Both the position numbers and the translations under genes were made by a program. A DNA stretch of 63,685 nucleotides, filler included, from Kipferlia bialata (Eukaryota), in assembly GCA_003568945.1 (NCBI GenBank). It is 4 parts of 4 records of this genome, joined end to end, with 100 filler letters (N's around TTAATTAATTAA, not from the genome) between each part and the next. Parts side by side here need not be neighbours in the genome. Positions count along the whole stretch, not along the records: positions 22,841 to 45,580 come from BDIP01000281.1; 3 more parts are not named here. One strand, 5' to 3'. This document shows positions 25,280 to 38,637 of the stretch, in pieces. The notes beneath the pieces were generated by a model. It worked only from the letters and a program-made list of their open reading frames with translations. It searched no databases and was not told the DNA's origin. Positions within the stretch are counted from its first letter, which is position 1, and the number at the start of each line of letters is the position of its first letter.

Positions 25280-26344
25280 CTATCCTACAACGGAGAGTGC
25301 GACTCCCACGCATATCCCGACCAGCAGCACAGCCAGCCTTGTCTTGTATGAGTTGAGCTGGGAACGGAGGGCACCCATACCCCCTGGGGCTACAAACTGA
25401 CCCACCACTGCCCTCAGGACCTCCAGGTCAAGGAGGATCTCAGACAGAGAGCCCCTGGGGGTGGGGGAGGGGGGGGGGGGCGTACGTTGGAGACTGGAAG
25501 AGTGTTTCAGGAAGAGCACAGAACACAGAAGTACAATAATAGTATTATCAGAGACAGCGTATATAGCACAAGTATAATAGAAGCCACAGGCGACTGGTGT
25601 AGAATGTTCCCTACCTGTGCATAAGTGGCAGCTTCTCGACCACGTTCAATATCCATAGCACCACGGTGTCAACTCCACTGGGCAGAGGGAGCATCTCGAG
25701 CAGACTGGTAGGCCTGTCCCTCACCCATAGAGAGGATATAACCAGTATCAACAGGGCCACACTGTGCATCACAGTCAGCAGCAGGGGCTGGGGCACGGCA
25801 GGGGCAGACTCGCCCTTACCCTTGAGCAGAGATGACATGATGCCACCCAAGCCACCAAGGCCACCCAGGTTGGGGACTGCGCCTGTCTCTCCACCCATGG
25901 TACCCATGCCAGGGGCAGACACGCCCTGCCCCTGCTCCTGCTTCTGCTGCCTCTCGTAGTACTCATGGGGCATGGAAACACTCTCTACGGGTACTCTGCG
26001 GTCAGTGGGGAGGACAGTGACACATACAATATATATACGAAACACAGCCAACGAATGAAGAGAGATGACACACTCTTGTATCGTCTGTGTACGTACCTCT
26101 GAAGGGTTGCCATCCGCTCAAGTGCGCTACCTTGAAGGCGCCTGGTTTTAGAGAATTTTGTAGATGACAACGATAGGCCAGTATACTCTGAACTTGTGTA
26201 AGTGAGGGCAAGCGTCGCTTGCCAAGCGACATACCTGTTCCGTCTCTCCATACGAGCCTTAGCCTGCTTCTTCATCATCTCACTATTGTTAGTAGCTGCA
26301 GGCGCAACTACTGTATCAGCTACATTGTGGGATTCTGTACTCAT
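25280..26344 (-). CDS. Get2/CAML-like protein (copy B)
   Basis: Mirror of 19237-20301. Confidence 0.55.
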
Positions 26345-26516
26345 CTCACTGAGGTCGTGGGAAGGCGTGCATCAAGGGCTACACTTTGAATGACGTTCTG
26401 CACCCTCTCTGTTGTTTTTGTGGGTAACACAAAAATCTCGAGTCTAGGAGATAAGGGTTCAGACTGAAGTTGCTTTTACACATAGGCCAGAACGGAGTGC
26501 CTATAAGTGGAGAATA

Positions 26517-29500
26517 ATGGAGGCAGACGACTCCTCCGTACCACAGGATTGGGCTGAGACCAGCTCCGTCCTGGTTTCCCTTGTGGAGACCATATGGGCT
26601 ACTCTGGACCCCTCTAACATTGAGGAGGCTCAGTTAGATGATGTTCCAGAGCTCTCTGCCATCCCAGAGCTGCTGGCAATGGTGGATGAGACCATTCAGA
26701 GCGATCCTACCCCTCAGAGGCTGAGGTTCCTGCTATTTGAGCTCCCCCACAACCTGGTGAGTGTTTCCGACTGTGACTACTATCCGCTTTGCACTCATAC
26801 AGCTATACATCTGTACTAAGGTGACCTCTATGCATATATATTATTGTCTGGTGAACAGGTGGGGTGATGTGTAAGCGTTGTGATAGTATACTGGACACAT
26901 TTCAGTCATACTGAATGCCTGTCTCAATATATCACTGATGTGGTTCCTCTGCCATTCACACGATGTCGCATTCTGCTGCACTATTTCCAATGTCATTTGA
27001 GTATAGCTGTGTCTATGGACCGGAGTTGTGCATTGTGTGTCTTTGTTCTGCTTGACATATGATCTGACCTAACTTCCAGATCCGTCTTCTGTGCACTCTG
27101 ATGAGTGACGACATGTACAACCACATTGACTCCCACACATCCATGCAGGATGTGAACCAGACCCGCACAGTCTCCATGAGCGTCCTCTCCAGGTATAGCT
27201 TCGTCACTCTCTCTACCCATAGTACTTTGTGAGTGTATATATATGAGTCCACTCATCTACAGGACCTTTTCTGTGTGTTCCAGCCACACTGCCGAGACCC
27301 TCGCCTCAGAGATGTTCCCCCAACTCTATGCCTCCCTCAGCACTGATCTCATGAGGGAGTTCCTGAAGGCCGGTGAGTCATGTGTTCTCGAGAGAACAGC
27401 ATATATCGTAGTGTATATATACCACTGCCATTCACCCCAGGTGGACTGAACAGTGTCATCTCTGTCCTCAGTGGAGAGGTGTCCATCGATGTCGACGAGG
27501 CACCCCTCAAGTGAGTATCGTCTCTCTCTCTCTCTGTCTTGTTACTCCTTGTAGCACCCTCTCATTCACACTCATGTGTGTATTCATTGTCCTATTCATT
27601 TTGTATGTATATCGAGAGTCCCAACACTCACCTCTTGGCGCATCCGCCTCATGTCCAGTATATGTATATCTATATCAATGTGTATATCATAGTATGTACA
27701 TGCTAACATGCAGGCGCATCCGGCTCATGGCCGCTGGGTGCATCAGGGCTGTGCTCAAGAGCGATGCCGGCCTGACCGCTCTGTCCGTGCCCCCTGTCAT
27801 GCAGGCCCTGGTGGCAGTGGCATCGGAGGAGGCAGACGCAGAGCTCAGGTAGGGATGGATATATAGAGCTATTGTAATATTTATATATATAGGGCTATTG
27901 GCATGCAGGCCCTGGTGGCAGTGGCATCGGAGGAGGCAGACGCAGAGCTCAGGTGTGTACATAGAGTATGTACCCACATGGAGATACCTTTGCGTCCTAT
28001 CAGTCCACCTGATACTCACCCCTAGGCAGTGGGCCCTTGTCCTCCTCCGTGACCTCACTGGTCACCTGCACTCCTCCAAGGTGTTCCAGAGCCCCCCTCT
28101 CCTCCTGAGGTGTGTAGTGCCATATGGATATATATATATGTATATACTCATTCACATACATGAGTATGGGGAGTAGTCTCTCTCTCTCTCTCTCGATCTA
28201 TATATATATATGTGTCTCCCCTTGACCCCAGGGCTGTACGCACCCTTGTGGAGAGTGGCACAGCTGAGTGTGCCATCATGTCTCTGTGCCTAGACACATC
28301 GGAGGCAGTCAGGGCAGAGGGTGAGTGTGTTCACTATATATCTCTACTATATGGATATATATATATATACACACATACATGTATATATATGTGTGAGCGC
28401 CATTATGTCTCTGTGATCGACGGCAGTCAGGGCGGAGGGTGCGTGTGTTTAGTATGTACACAAGTATTCATGTTCTCTTTCTCTATCTAGCTAAGGTGTC
28501 ACTCTCACCCCCAGGCTGCGGTCTTCTGTCCGAGCTTCTCCTGGCTGCTGAGGACTGTGTCGTCTCTGCCCAGGAGAGATACGCACAGGGTGGGTGTATT
28601 TGGCGTGTTCAATGATATCTATACTGTTACTTATATGCATGGGGTGGGTGTATTCGGCATGTTCAGTACTCAGCAGTGGTGTTTCTGTGTAGACTATGTA
28701 CCTCTACTGTGTCCGTCTGACCCCCAGATGTGATGCAGGCACAGAAGGACACCGAGAGGCTGCTGGCAGAGAGGGAGAGAGAGGTACGAAAGCAATGTCT
28801 CTCCCCCTTTCTCTATATATATAGTATACATACATACCCTCTCACCCCAGGGTGCCGACCCCGACTCCCCTGCCCCTGTGGTCTCTGGACCCAGTGACGC
28901 CACAGCTGTCGGGGCCAGGGAGCTTCTGGATAGGTATATATATATTTCTTGACAGTGTATGCCAAGAGTAAGCATCCTCCCTTACCCCCCAGGCTCCTGC
29001 TGTCTGTGATCAGTGACCGCACCAGACCCACCCTGGACGAGGGAGAGGGAGAGGGAGAGGAGGCCCAGAGGCAGTTCAGCACGGCCCTGGTGGAGAGGAT
29101 GGGTCTGGAGAAGTCCAGGATAGGCCTCGAGGCCCTGCTCTACCTGCTGTGCACCCTGCTCAGGGTGTCTGCCAGGTACAGTGTATATTTATATATATAT
29201 ATGTATATATTAGTAGAAGTAGATATACAGTAGTACATGGTGTACAGTGTTACCTGATTAGATTGTATATACTGACCCCCAGGCGTGCCCAGTCCAGCCC
29301 CCTCACCCTGTCCCTGCCCCCTACATACGAGGCATTCTGCGGGGAGGCACCTTCCATGGACGAGGGTGCGTATACAGCGACTCTCTCCCTTATGTATTAG
29401 CCTCTTCCTCACCCGTGGGTGCCTCTATGCCTTATGTATTAGTGTGTCTCTCACCCTTAGATGCTGAGACCCGTATCACTGAGGCCTTTGAGGCATTCAT

Positions 29501-29735
29501 CGGAGTGCTCCTCGACCAGGTATTCACACACATATTTAGATATGATATTACTCTCTCATAGATACATTCCACACTGACAGAGTACCCCTCTTCCCACCCC
29601 CTTCTCACCCTGTGCTCCCATTCTCATATCCATTATAGATGTACTCACTCATATATGCTAACTCCAGGCCCCCATCCTCAAGATGCTCAAGCTGGTGTCC
29701 TCTCCCTATGTGGTCATCGGTGCACATGCTGCCAG
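26517..29735 (+). CDS. ARM/HEAT-like hypothetical protein, 3' truncated (copy B)
   Basis: Mirror of 15846-19064. Confidence 0.65.
27798..27952 (+). repeat. Perfect 51-nt direct repeat of exon 3' end, each followed by GT
   Basis: 27798-27848 equals 27902-27952 (mirror in A at 17629-17783). Confidence 0.95.
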
Positions 29736-29791
29736 GTATATATATATATATACATATATATATACCTACAACACCTGTGTTCTCAGTGATT

Positions 29792-29837
<46 letters not shown>

Positions 29838-30074
29838 CGCGCGCTGCTGNNNNNNNNNNNNNNNNNNNNNNNNNNNNNNNNNNNNNNNNNNNNNNNNNNN
29901 NNNNNNNNNNNNNNNNNNNNNNNNNNNNNNNNNNNNNNNNNNNNNNNNNNNNNNNNNNNNNNNNNNNNNNNNNNNNNNNNNNNNNNNNNNNNNNNNNNNN
30001 NNNNNNNNNNNNNNNNNNNNNNNNNNNNNNNNNNNNNNNNNNNNNNNNNNNNNNNNNNNNGGGGGGAGGGAGGA

Positions 30075-30123
<49 letters not shown>

Positions 30124-30381
30124 ATACCAGAGGCCATATGTAGTCACTTAGTGGAAGAGTATAAGCACCCGATATAGAGGGAGTGACTCAGTTATCATAT
30201 TGGTGTCCCCACTTGTCATGTACAGTACTAACAGACTATAGAGACGAGTGACTCCTCTAGACGAGTCCCACACCAGGACTATACCCCCACAACCCTGCAG
30301 CGACACACACACACTGCTTCATATGGTATATTAGCGCAGAACGACAGGTCAACATACTATGACATAGCACTATACACTCAC

Positions 30382-30504
30382 CCAGTGGTCCCCATCGAAT
30401 GGCCCCTGTGTACACACACACAGTATGAGCCTGGCGTCTGATGGGCACTTATGACAGTGGTCACAGGGGTAGGGCACCTCGTCCTGCTCGGGGTAGTCCG
30501 TCAT
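30382..30504 (-). CDS. Possible 5' end of a gene with a CxxC motif, divergent from TBCC
   Basis: MTDYPEQDEVPYPCDHCHK, with a GTGAGT donor near 30381; downstream model unresolved. Confidence 0.3.
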
Positions 30505-30844
30505 CAAGGCACCTCTCTCTCTCTCTCTCTCTGCCTTTGACTGGTGACACCTACTCACTGACCCAGTCACTCCTCACCCACACTCTGCTAGGGGGCACGC
30601 AGTCAGCACGCGGTCAGGGCTGACAGAGACAAGGTGTAGCGGACCAGATACACACAAGAGAGGTGTCTACACGTGGATACTCGTGTCGCACTGGTTATAG
30701 AGGCAGCCTTTGTCATCAGAAGATTTTTGTCCTGCACCCTTTGTCAAGCCAGAGTTGAGTCAGCAACCTGCTTCTTATCATAGCGTCTCCTGTATTGTCC
30801 AACACTACACTGCACTACACCCTGCTTGAGGGAGAGATTGAGTG

Positions 30845-32714
30845 ATGGCAGAGGCAGTGGACAGCGTGGCTGCCCTGCGCCAGCACCACTCGAGTGTGGT
30901 TGAGCACATCAACAGTCTGTACAGGGTGTACTATGCAAGGGGGGTGGATCCCGCTGAGAAGAAGGCCCAGGTGTGTATATATTTACTAATAGTGCTAACA
31001 GGATGCCGAGAAGGCACCCGTATGAATGGTGTAGCTCATACATATACATACTTTTGTATACGTATGTGTGTATATATGTGCTGACCCCCAGGTGACTGCT
31101 GGTCTAACAGAGGGTGTCACCCTGCTCAAGGCCTTTGAGGCGTCTCTGTTTGAGTCCTCCTCTGCCCCAGCCTATGAGAGGAGGGTGGGGCACAACCTGT
31201 TGAAGGAGCTGCAACTCCTACTAGCCACAGCACAGAGGGAGCTCAACCCAAGGCCGCCATTCTCATTCTCATCCAGGTACATTCCCAATGAGTTACATGG
31301 ATTCTTCGCCCATTCTCATTCCCAGGTAACACGTAGTTGTAAGCAGCGTCAAAGTGAATTAGTAGTATTACACATAATAGCATTTGAGTGCCATTGGTAA
31401 TTCGCCCCTCTCCCTCTCATATCCAGGAAGCTGCTGGCTGTGATCAAGGAGCAGAGGCCGGAGCTGAAGGTACAGTATATATAGATATAAACATAGTGAG
31501 TAATACATAGTGTAGCGTATATCTGATATACAGGAGAAGGACACGCTAGATGCCGAGCGTGTGGATGAGACGTGTCTGATGAGGGGAGGCAAGGGGGAGA
31601 GGAGGGTGGCTGGGGGGGATGGGGAGGGGGAGGGCGGAGACTACTCCATCATGGACATGGACAGGTATTGTATATATATATATATTTATGCATGTATACT
31701 ATATATACTCATATATACTATATATGTATGAGAGAGAGATAGGGGGGGACTACTCCATCATGGACATGGACAGGTCGGTTCTCTCTCTCTCTCTCTCTCT
31801 CTTTATATATATATATATATATGTATACGTATTGTGGGTGTATTCAAATACAGTGTTCTTGTACTGTTCTCTCTCTCATCCTAGGTGCACTGTCATTGTC
31901 AAGTCCATGGCCAACAGTGTCTTCATCAATGACTGCACAAAGTCAGTCTTCATACTGGGTGGGTGTCCTTGCATATAGTATACCTGACCCAAGTAGCTAC
32001 TCTATCACTCTATCTGGCCAAATTTCTTGACTGCTATCAATGACTGCACACAGTCAGTGTTCATGTTGGGTGGGTCGCTTTGTTTGTAGTGTGTTTGCCT
32101 CGGCAACTCTTTGTGTCCTTCTATCTTCCTATATTACTCACCCACTCACCCTAGGCCCCAGCACTGGTTCCATCCACATATCTAGGTGTACGGACTGTCT
32201 GTTTGTGCTGTTCTGCCACCAGCTGAGGATACACGAGACACACTCAACCGCATTTGCAGTGTGCACAGGTATTATTTCTCACACACTTCGTCTACTGAGT
32301 GTGACATGTAACTACGCTGTCTCTCTCACCCACCAGGGTCCAACCCCATCATTGAGAACAGCACCGGCCTCACCTTCCACCCCTGCACTGTGAGTGAGGC
32401 AGAGGGTGTGCTGGGGGGCATGCTGACAGAGACAGAGGGGGGGGCACCGGCATGGGCAGAGCTAGTGGAGGCCAAGGTATATATATATTTATAGTACATA
32501 TGTATATTGATCTTGTCAAGAGACTTCTTCTGACTGCCAGGGTCTCCGACTGTCTGAGGACAAGGCCATGGGTGTATTAGACTTCACCTGTTTCAGAGAC
32601 CACTCTGGTGCCTGGGAGGCAGTCAGGGACGGCATGCCATTGGAAGAGAGGGTCAGACAGTGGGGGCCGCAGCGGTACGGGCCAGTCGGTGGGCTAGGGG
32701 AACTTGAGGAATAG
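30845..32714 (+). CDS. TBCC: Tubulin-specific chaperone C, 8 exons; unique to scaffold B
   Basis: PAYERR...LNPRPPFSF N-domain; C-CAP/CARP-like domain with GSIHISRCTDCLFVLFCHQLRIHET...SNPIIENSTGLTFHP...VLDFT. Confidence 0.9.
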
Positions 32715-32917
32715 AGCTTCTGCCTTGTATATCCGTGTTAGATCTAGTGGTGAATGAAGGCTGTGAGGGTAGCTGACTTAGTGTCTCACTCTGTGAGAGA
32801 CTCCTATCCTATGACAAAAGGGTGTAGTAGAGGCAAAAAATTGTGCCCTCGCTTTGGCGCAGGATAAGTCTCTCCATATAAACAGCACCTCCCCCTCACG
32901 ACTGGCCCGCCCCTACC

Positions 32918-33079
32918 ATGTCCGTGCCTACTACAGGCACCGAGACAGCGGGCTATGTGAGTCTGGTGACGTCCATCCGGCATGCTGTGGAGATGGGCCC
33001 TGTGGGGGTGCCCATACTGAGAGAGATTGTGGGCCAGATGGGGGTGACTGCTGAGGAGGGGCCAGACCCACAGCTCAAG
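32918..33079 (+). CDS. First exon of a hypothetical protein, truncated by gap
   Basis: MSVPTTGTETAGYVSLVTSIRHAVEMG...DPQLK then GTGAGG donor. Confidence 0.45.
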
Positions 33080-33273
33080 GTGAGGGAGATGGGTGGATAC
33101 GGTTGTGTGTTGGTATAGATTGAATGACTTGGGGAGCGGAGTGGGAGAGAGAGCCGAGTGAGCCGTCCTAGTCTATATATACTCTGAACCTACTTGTCCC
33201 CACCCCAGAGCGTGGATACCCCCCGTACCCAAGAATTGGCTATCACGTGTATGTTATGGAGCGTCTTTGTGAT

Positions 33274-33311
<38 letters not shown>

Positions 33312-34390
33312 CNNNNNNNNNNNNNNNNNNNNNNNNNNNNNNNNNNNNNNNNNNNNNNNNNNNNNNNNNNNNNNNNNNNNNNNNNNNNNNNNNNNNNNNN
33401 NNNNNNNNNNNNNNNNNNNNNNNNNNNNNNNNNNNNNNNNNNNNNNNNNNNNNNNNNNNNNNNNNNNNNNNNNNNNNNNNNNNNNNNNNNNNNNNNNNNN
33501 NNNNNNNNNNNNNNNNNNNNNNNNNNNNNNNNNNNNNNNNNNNNNNNNNNNNNNNNNNNNNNNNNNNNNNNNNNNNNNNNNNNNNNNNNNNNNNNNNNNN
33601 NNNNNNNNNNNNNNNNNNNNNNNNNNNNNNNNNNNNNNNNNNNNNNNNNNNNNNNNNNNNNNNNNNNNNNNNNNNNNNNNNNNNNNNNNNNNNNNNNNNN
33701 NNNNNNNNNNNNNNNNNNNNNNNNNNNNNNNNNNNNNNNNNNNNNNNNNNNNNNNNNNNNNNNNNNNNNNNNNNNNNNNNNNNNNNNNNNNNNNNNNNNN
33801 NNNNNNNNNNNNNNNNNNNNNNNNNNNNNNNNNNNNNNNNNNNNNNNNNNNNNNNNNNNNNNNNNNNNNNNNNNNNNNNNNNNNNNNNNNNNNNNNNNNN
33901 NNNNNNNNNNNNNNNNNNNNNNNNNNNNNNNNNNNNNNNNNNNNNNNNNNNNNNNNNNNNNNNNNNNNNNNNNNNNNNNNNNNNNNNNNNNNNNNNNNNN
34001 NNNNNNNNNNNNNNNNNNNNNNNNNNNNNNNNNNNNNNNNNNNNNNNNNNNNNNNNNNNNNNNNNNNNNNNNNNNNNNNNNNNNNNNNNNNNNNNNNNNN
34101 NNNNNNNNNNNNNNNNNNNNNNNNNNNNNNNNNNNNNNNNNNNNNNNNNNNNNNNNNNNNNNNNNNNNNNNNNNNNNNNNNNNNNNNNNNNNNNNNNNNN
34201 NNNNNNNNNNNNNNNNNNNNNNCCACCCATTTTCCCCCTCCCCCCCCCCCCCCCCCCCCCCCCACACACACACACTATCTCTCCCCCCCATATTTCCCTC
34301 GTAACCGTGGTGTGGTTACCCAAGTGAGAGTCCGGAATTTATCTTGTCTCTCACTCTCTCGCCCTCTCTCCCTCGCTCTACTGACCTTAG

Positions 34391-37386
34391 CGCTACTCCA
34401 CGCCCACTACAAGGACGCCCATGATAACCTCCCCTATCAATGCCCCGCCCTTTTGAAGGATGGTACAGTCTGTGGGATACGGTTCCAGACAACAGGTATA
34501 TATTATATGTACCGTACATATATTCATACAGTATTGACATATTGCAACTACTCATAGCTTGGAATATCCTTCTGTTGACAGAATATACTCTATAGTACAT
34601 ACAAACACTACATGTTCCATACCATGGCTCCTGTCGAGTGTACAATCTAATGATATTCATGGTCTGCCCTGAGCTCTGAGCATTTAGTGTCCCTCTTTGA
34701 TCCTTCATATTAACACCTAGACCTCCTGAAGGCGCATCATGTAACGCACACTGCCATAACATATGATAGGGAGAGGGAGAGTGATACCAGATCAGATACG
34801 GAGGTACGAGGACTGTGACTATTACTGATGACATGTATATTAGCGTGATTTGGGTTGTCAGCGTATGCAAGGACATAAAAGGCACCCTACGTGTGTGATG
34901 CCTTTAGAGACTAGAATCTGTGTGGTGATGTAAAATTAGCCCGATATATTACATTTCTCTTAATACATATAGGGTGTGCATTCTATGGCTGTTCTGCCCA
35001 CTCCTGCTCCTAACCCATACACCATCCAGTCCTGTCTCGCCAGACCCGGAGGCTGCGGGTCGTGTCCTCACTTGTGCTATGACTACGTGTGGTCAAACCT
35101 TCTCAACCGTAGGTACCCTAATTATTGTGTACGTAGTATATATACCCTATTTGTGGAGAGTCCTTTCTCTACACTTCATTCAATATATTGCAGAAGGTGC
35201 AAGAATTGGCTTATTGTGCTCCCCACTCCTTCCAATATATATACACCGCTCTCACAGTCAATCAACCACCTGACCCAAGGACTCCTAAGGGCCCACTACA
35301 AGGATCTCCACGACAACCGACCCCACGAGTGCCCTGCCAAGAATGATGAGGGGACTGCATGCGGCATGAGATTCAGGACTCTAAGTACGAATTGCACTCA
35401 CCGTTGCCATTCATACTGTAGCTTACGCGAATCTTTGTGATAGTTTAAACGGAGGCAACTAAGCATGATTATCCTACTGAGACCCTCACCTCAGACTTGC
35501 TTCAGGCCCATATCCGTACCCACAAGGACAGAAGACCCTTCCACTGTCCAAAGTGTCCCAAACAGTTCAAGAGAATAGGTGTGATGCACATGCGTTATAC
35601 CATGCTATACTGATACAGTAAGACATATATCACACATCCAGTATGCAAAACAGTTCTCGAAAAATTAGTGTGATACACATATACATGACATCTTACACTA
35701 TCAGAATCTATGGATACACATCGATCTCTCTCTCTGGACTGCAGTGGAGTCTTATCTGTATCTTCCCAGTACTCAATCTCAGACCATCTGAAGCGGCACA
35801 TCGCATCGCACGACACTGAAAGCAGGTTCCGTTGTCCGAAGTGCTCTCAGACTTTCACAAGAAGGGGTACGTAGTATGTAGTGTACGGACTATTATGTGA
35901 TAGGGTACTACTACTGGTTATCCCTAAGCGTATGACACTCGAGTGCATCTGTTCTATAATTGTGTATCAAAATACAAATATGCATAATACATTTTCGTCC
36001 GACAATTGGTTGAGTGCATATGTTGCATATGTGCATATATTCTGTTAATAATATATATATCAGTAATCATCAGACAAGTTCAACCAGCACATGGCCAGCC
36101 ACGCCACAAGTCGACAGTGGCCATGTCACCTGTGTGACAAGGAATTCAATAGGAAGGTAAGGCATGGAAGGAAGATAAGGAGATGTCGTGTTTCACTAGA
36201 CAGACTTACTCTGTGTGACAGGATCTCACTCAAACCGCTTATTTCTAGGGTAACTGTAAGGCTCACGTTGTGTTTGCCCATTGCAGAGTGAGGTACATGT
36301 GCCCAAGCTGTGAGAGGTGAGCTCATCTATATGATATTATACAGCCAGCTGGCATGACTTGTTTTAGTGTCTACTTTCGATTATAGTATGTCATTTGCTG
36401 TACACTAAGGTATCATTACCCAGCTGTGTAGCCATACTTCGCTCCCCCTTATTATTAGGATATTCCCGCAGAAGTCACTTGCTGTAGATCACATGACGGG
36501 TGCCCACCCAGGTGTAGACATGGAGGTGAGTTTTCTATTATCCAATGATATACTTAGTATGATATATAACTACTTGTGAGCCCATATATCCGTCACCCCA
36601 GGCCACGCCGCCCACCTGTGTTAGGATCTATGACCAGCGAGAGGTTGTTGCTGAGCTGGACAGCGATGACCTAGCACAGCTTGTGAAGGAGTATATGGAG
36701 ATGGAGCCAGTTCCAGATGGCCAGGTTAGTGGGAGGATTGTGTGTCATTGGTACTGCTGTTATATTATATTGTGTCATTAGGTTCAATCGAAACAGTGCT
36801 TTCTTTTGATTTAGCATCCTCTTATACAGGGAGCGCGAGTGAGCAATCCGGTTTGTAGTAATCCAAGGCCCAGGAGAATAATGGCCAAGGTACAGTATGT
36901 CCCATAATATCAAAGCAGAGCACCGCTTTGATAGTACCCAGTCATGGAACTATGTCACCTCTAACCAACAAGTTTTCTACAGAGGCCACTACTTGGTCCT
37001 GCACCGAGTGTGACAAGACATACAGGAGGGAGAGTGACCTCACAGACCATGTCGAGGCAGTGCATAGAGGGAGAAGGTGGAAGTGCTCAGTGTGTGACAA
37101 GGGAGTGAGTGGTGGTGTATGTATAAGAGTTCTGCCAAGAGTGTATTCGGTTTCGCATTTCATAGTGGTTGTTACGTATCTTACCATAGATTGGTATCTA
37201 GGCGAACAAACCTCTCTACCCACATGACAAGGGACCATGAGACAAGTCTCAAGGTGGGTATATACACATATAGAATAATACCTTGATATATGGTGGGAGG
37301 TGGTACACTCGTTGAGGATCTCCACTATATATTGATATGTGTGTATGTATGTATATACATATATATCCACCTGGCACCAGAAATAA
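34391..37386 (+). CDS. Multi-C2H2 zinc-finger protein, 5' truncated (copy B)
   Basis: Mirror of 8195-11190; final exon and stop tentative. Confidence 0.9.
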
Positions 37387-38637
37387 GACTCAGGGCACCC
37401 AACGCACGCCAGTAATATATGGGTTACTCCTGAGTCTCAGTTCTTTCCCCTCACCTTCCGACAGCACCCACCCTCTCTCCTATATACTGTCCTAATTTTG
37501 GACTCCTAACAATTAGGACTCCTAAATGATATGTATTTGTATGTGTGTGCGTTAATAATGTGTACCCAGTACTAACTCAGGAGCACCCGCCCTCTGTGGT
37601 TTATCTTGACTCAGTTAGGTCCCCTCCTGTCAAGAGAGGTACTAACAAGTCATAGATGGACATCAGTATGCCACACTCTGTACGTCAGAGTCTCTGTGGA
37701 GACTCTCCACTGGAGAGAGTAGGGATGAGCATTCACCCTTGCGACTGTCACATATGAATGAACAGGTGCGTACAGTGTTCAAAGGTAGTATGTACAGATA
37801 TGATACCCTCACACCAGACTGACATGACGAGTGGTGTCAACATAGTCTCTGCCCTTCTGGACAATGCCACGGACAACAGGGATAGGTGGCATCGGGAGGT
37901 GCGGGGAAAGTCTAACACCCCTGATACCGTTGAGGAGGGAATGTGAATAGACGTCCGTCGCCTACCTAGCTCATAGGCCTAATCCTATATAGGCAGTGCC
38001 TATATAGGCACAAATTGCGCGTTTGTAAATTATGATTGAGAGACCATGATTCACACCTGCATGTCTGTCGGAACTGGTAGTGGGAAGTGTACCAGTCTTC
38101 ATAATACATGGACTGTAGAGTCTGACGTATATTCTCGTCAGTTCCCCAACATCAAAAACCGGAAAATTCACTAGACCCTTTGTTCCTTGCAAATGTATCA
38201 CTGTCTAGCGACAGCACTTTATCTGACCTGGGTTCTTGAGTTACACAGCGTTACCGTCTCACTGGGTGCGCAATACTATCTGCTCCTCCTATGCTTGCAT
38301 TTATCCCCCCCTCCCTGTCTCTGAGACAAATCGTCAGCAAAACCAAGCTCAATGATAATGGTCTCTCTCAGATATCCCGTCTAGTGCATAATTGGTCTCC
38401 ATATATATGCATAATTAGTCTCCTTAAACCTTCCCATAACAGATATTCTGTGTGTTTCCCCCCCCCCCTCCCCCTCTTCTTCCCACTCCTCTCCCTCTCC
38501 ACCCTGACATGCTCTGTCTCTCTCTCTCTCTGCCCCTCCAAACCCCAGGGAACTAGCATCCAGTTAACTCCATCAATCTCATCTTCTGCTGCCCACCCCC
38601 TGCTACCAAGGTCACCCTTCTCCCCCATCATCCCATC

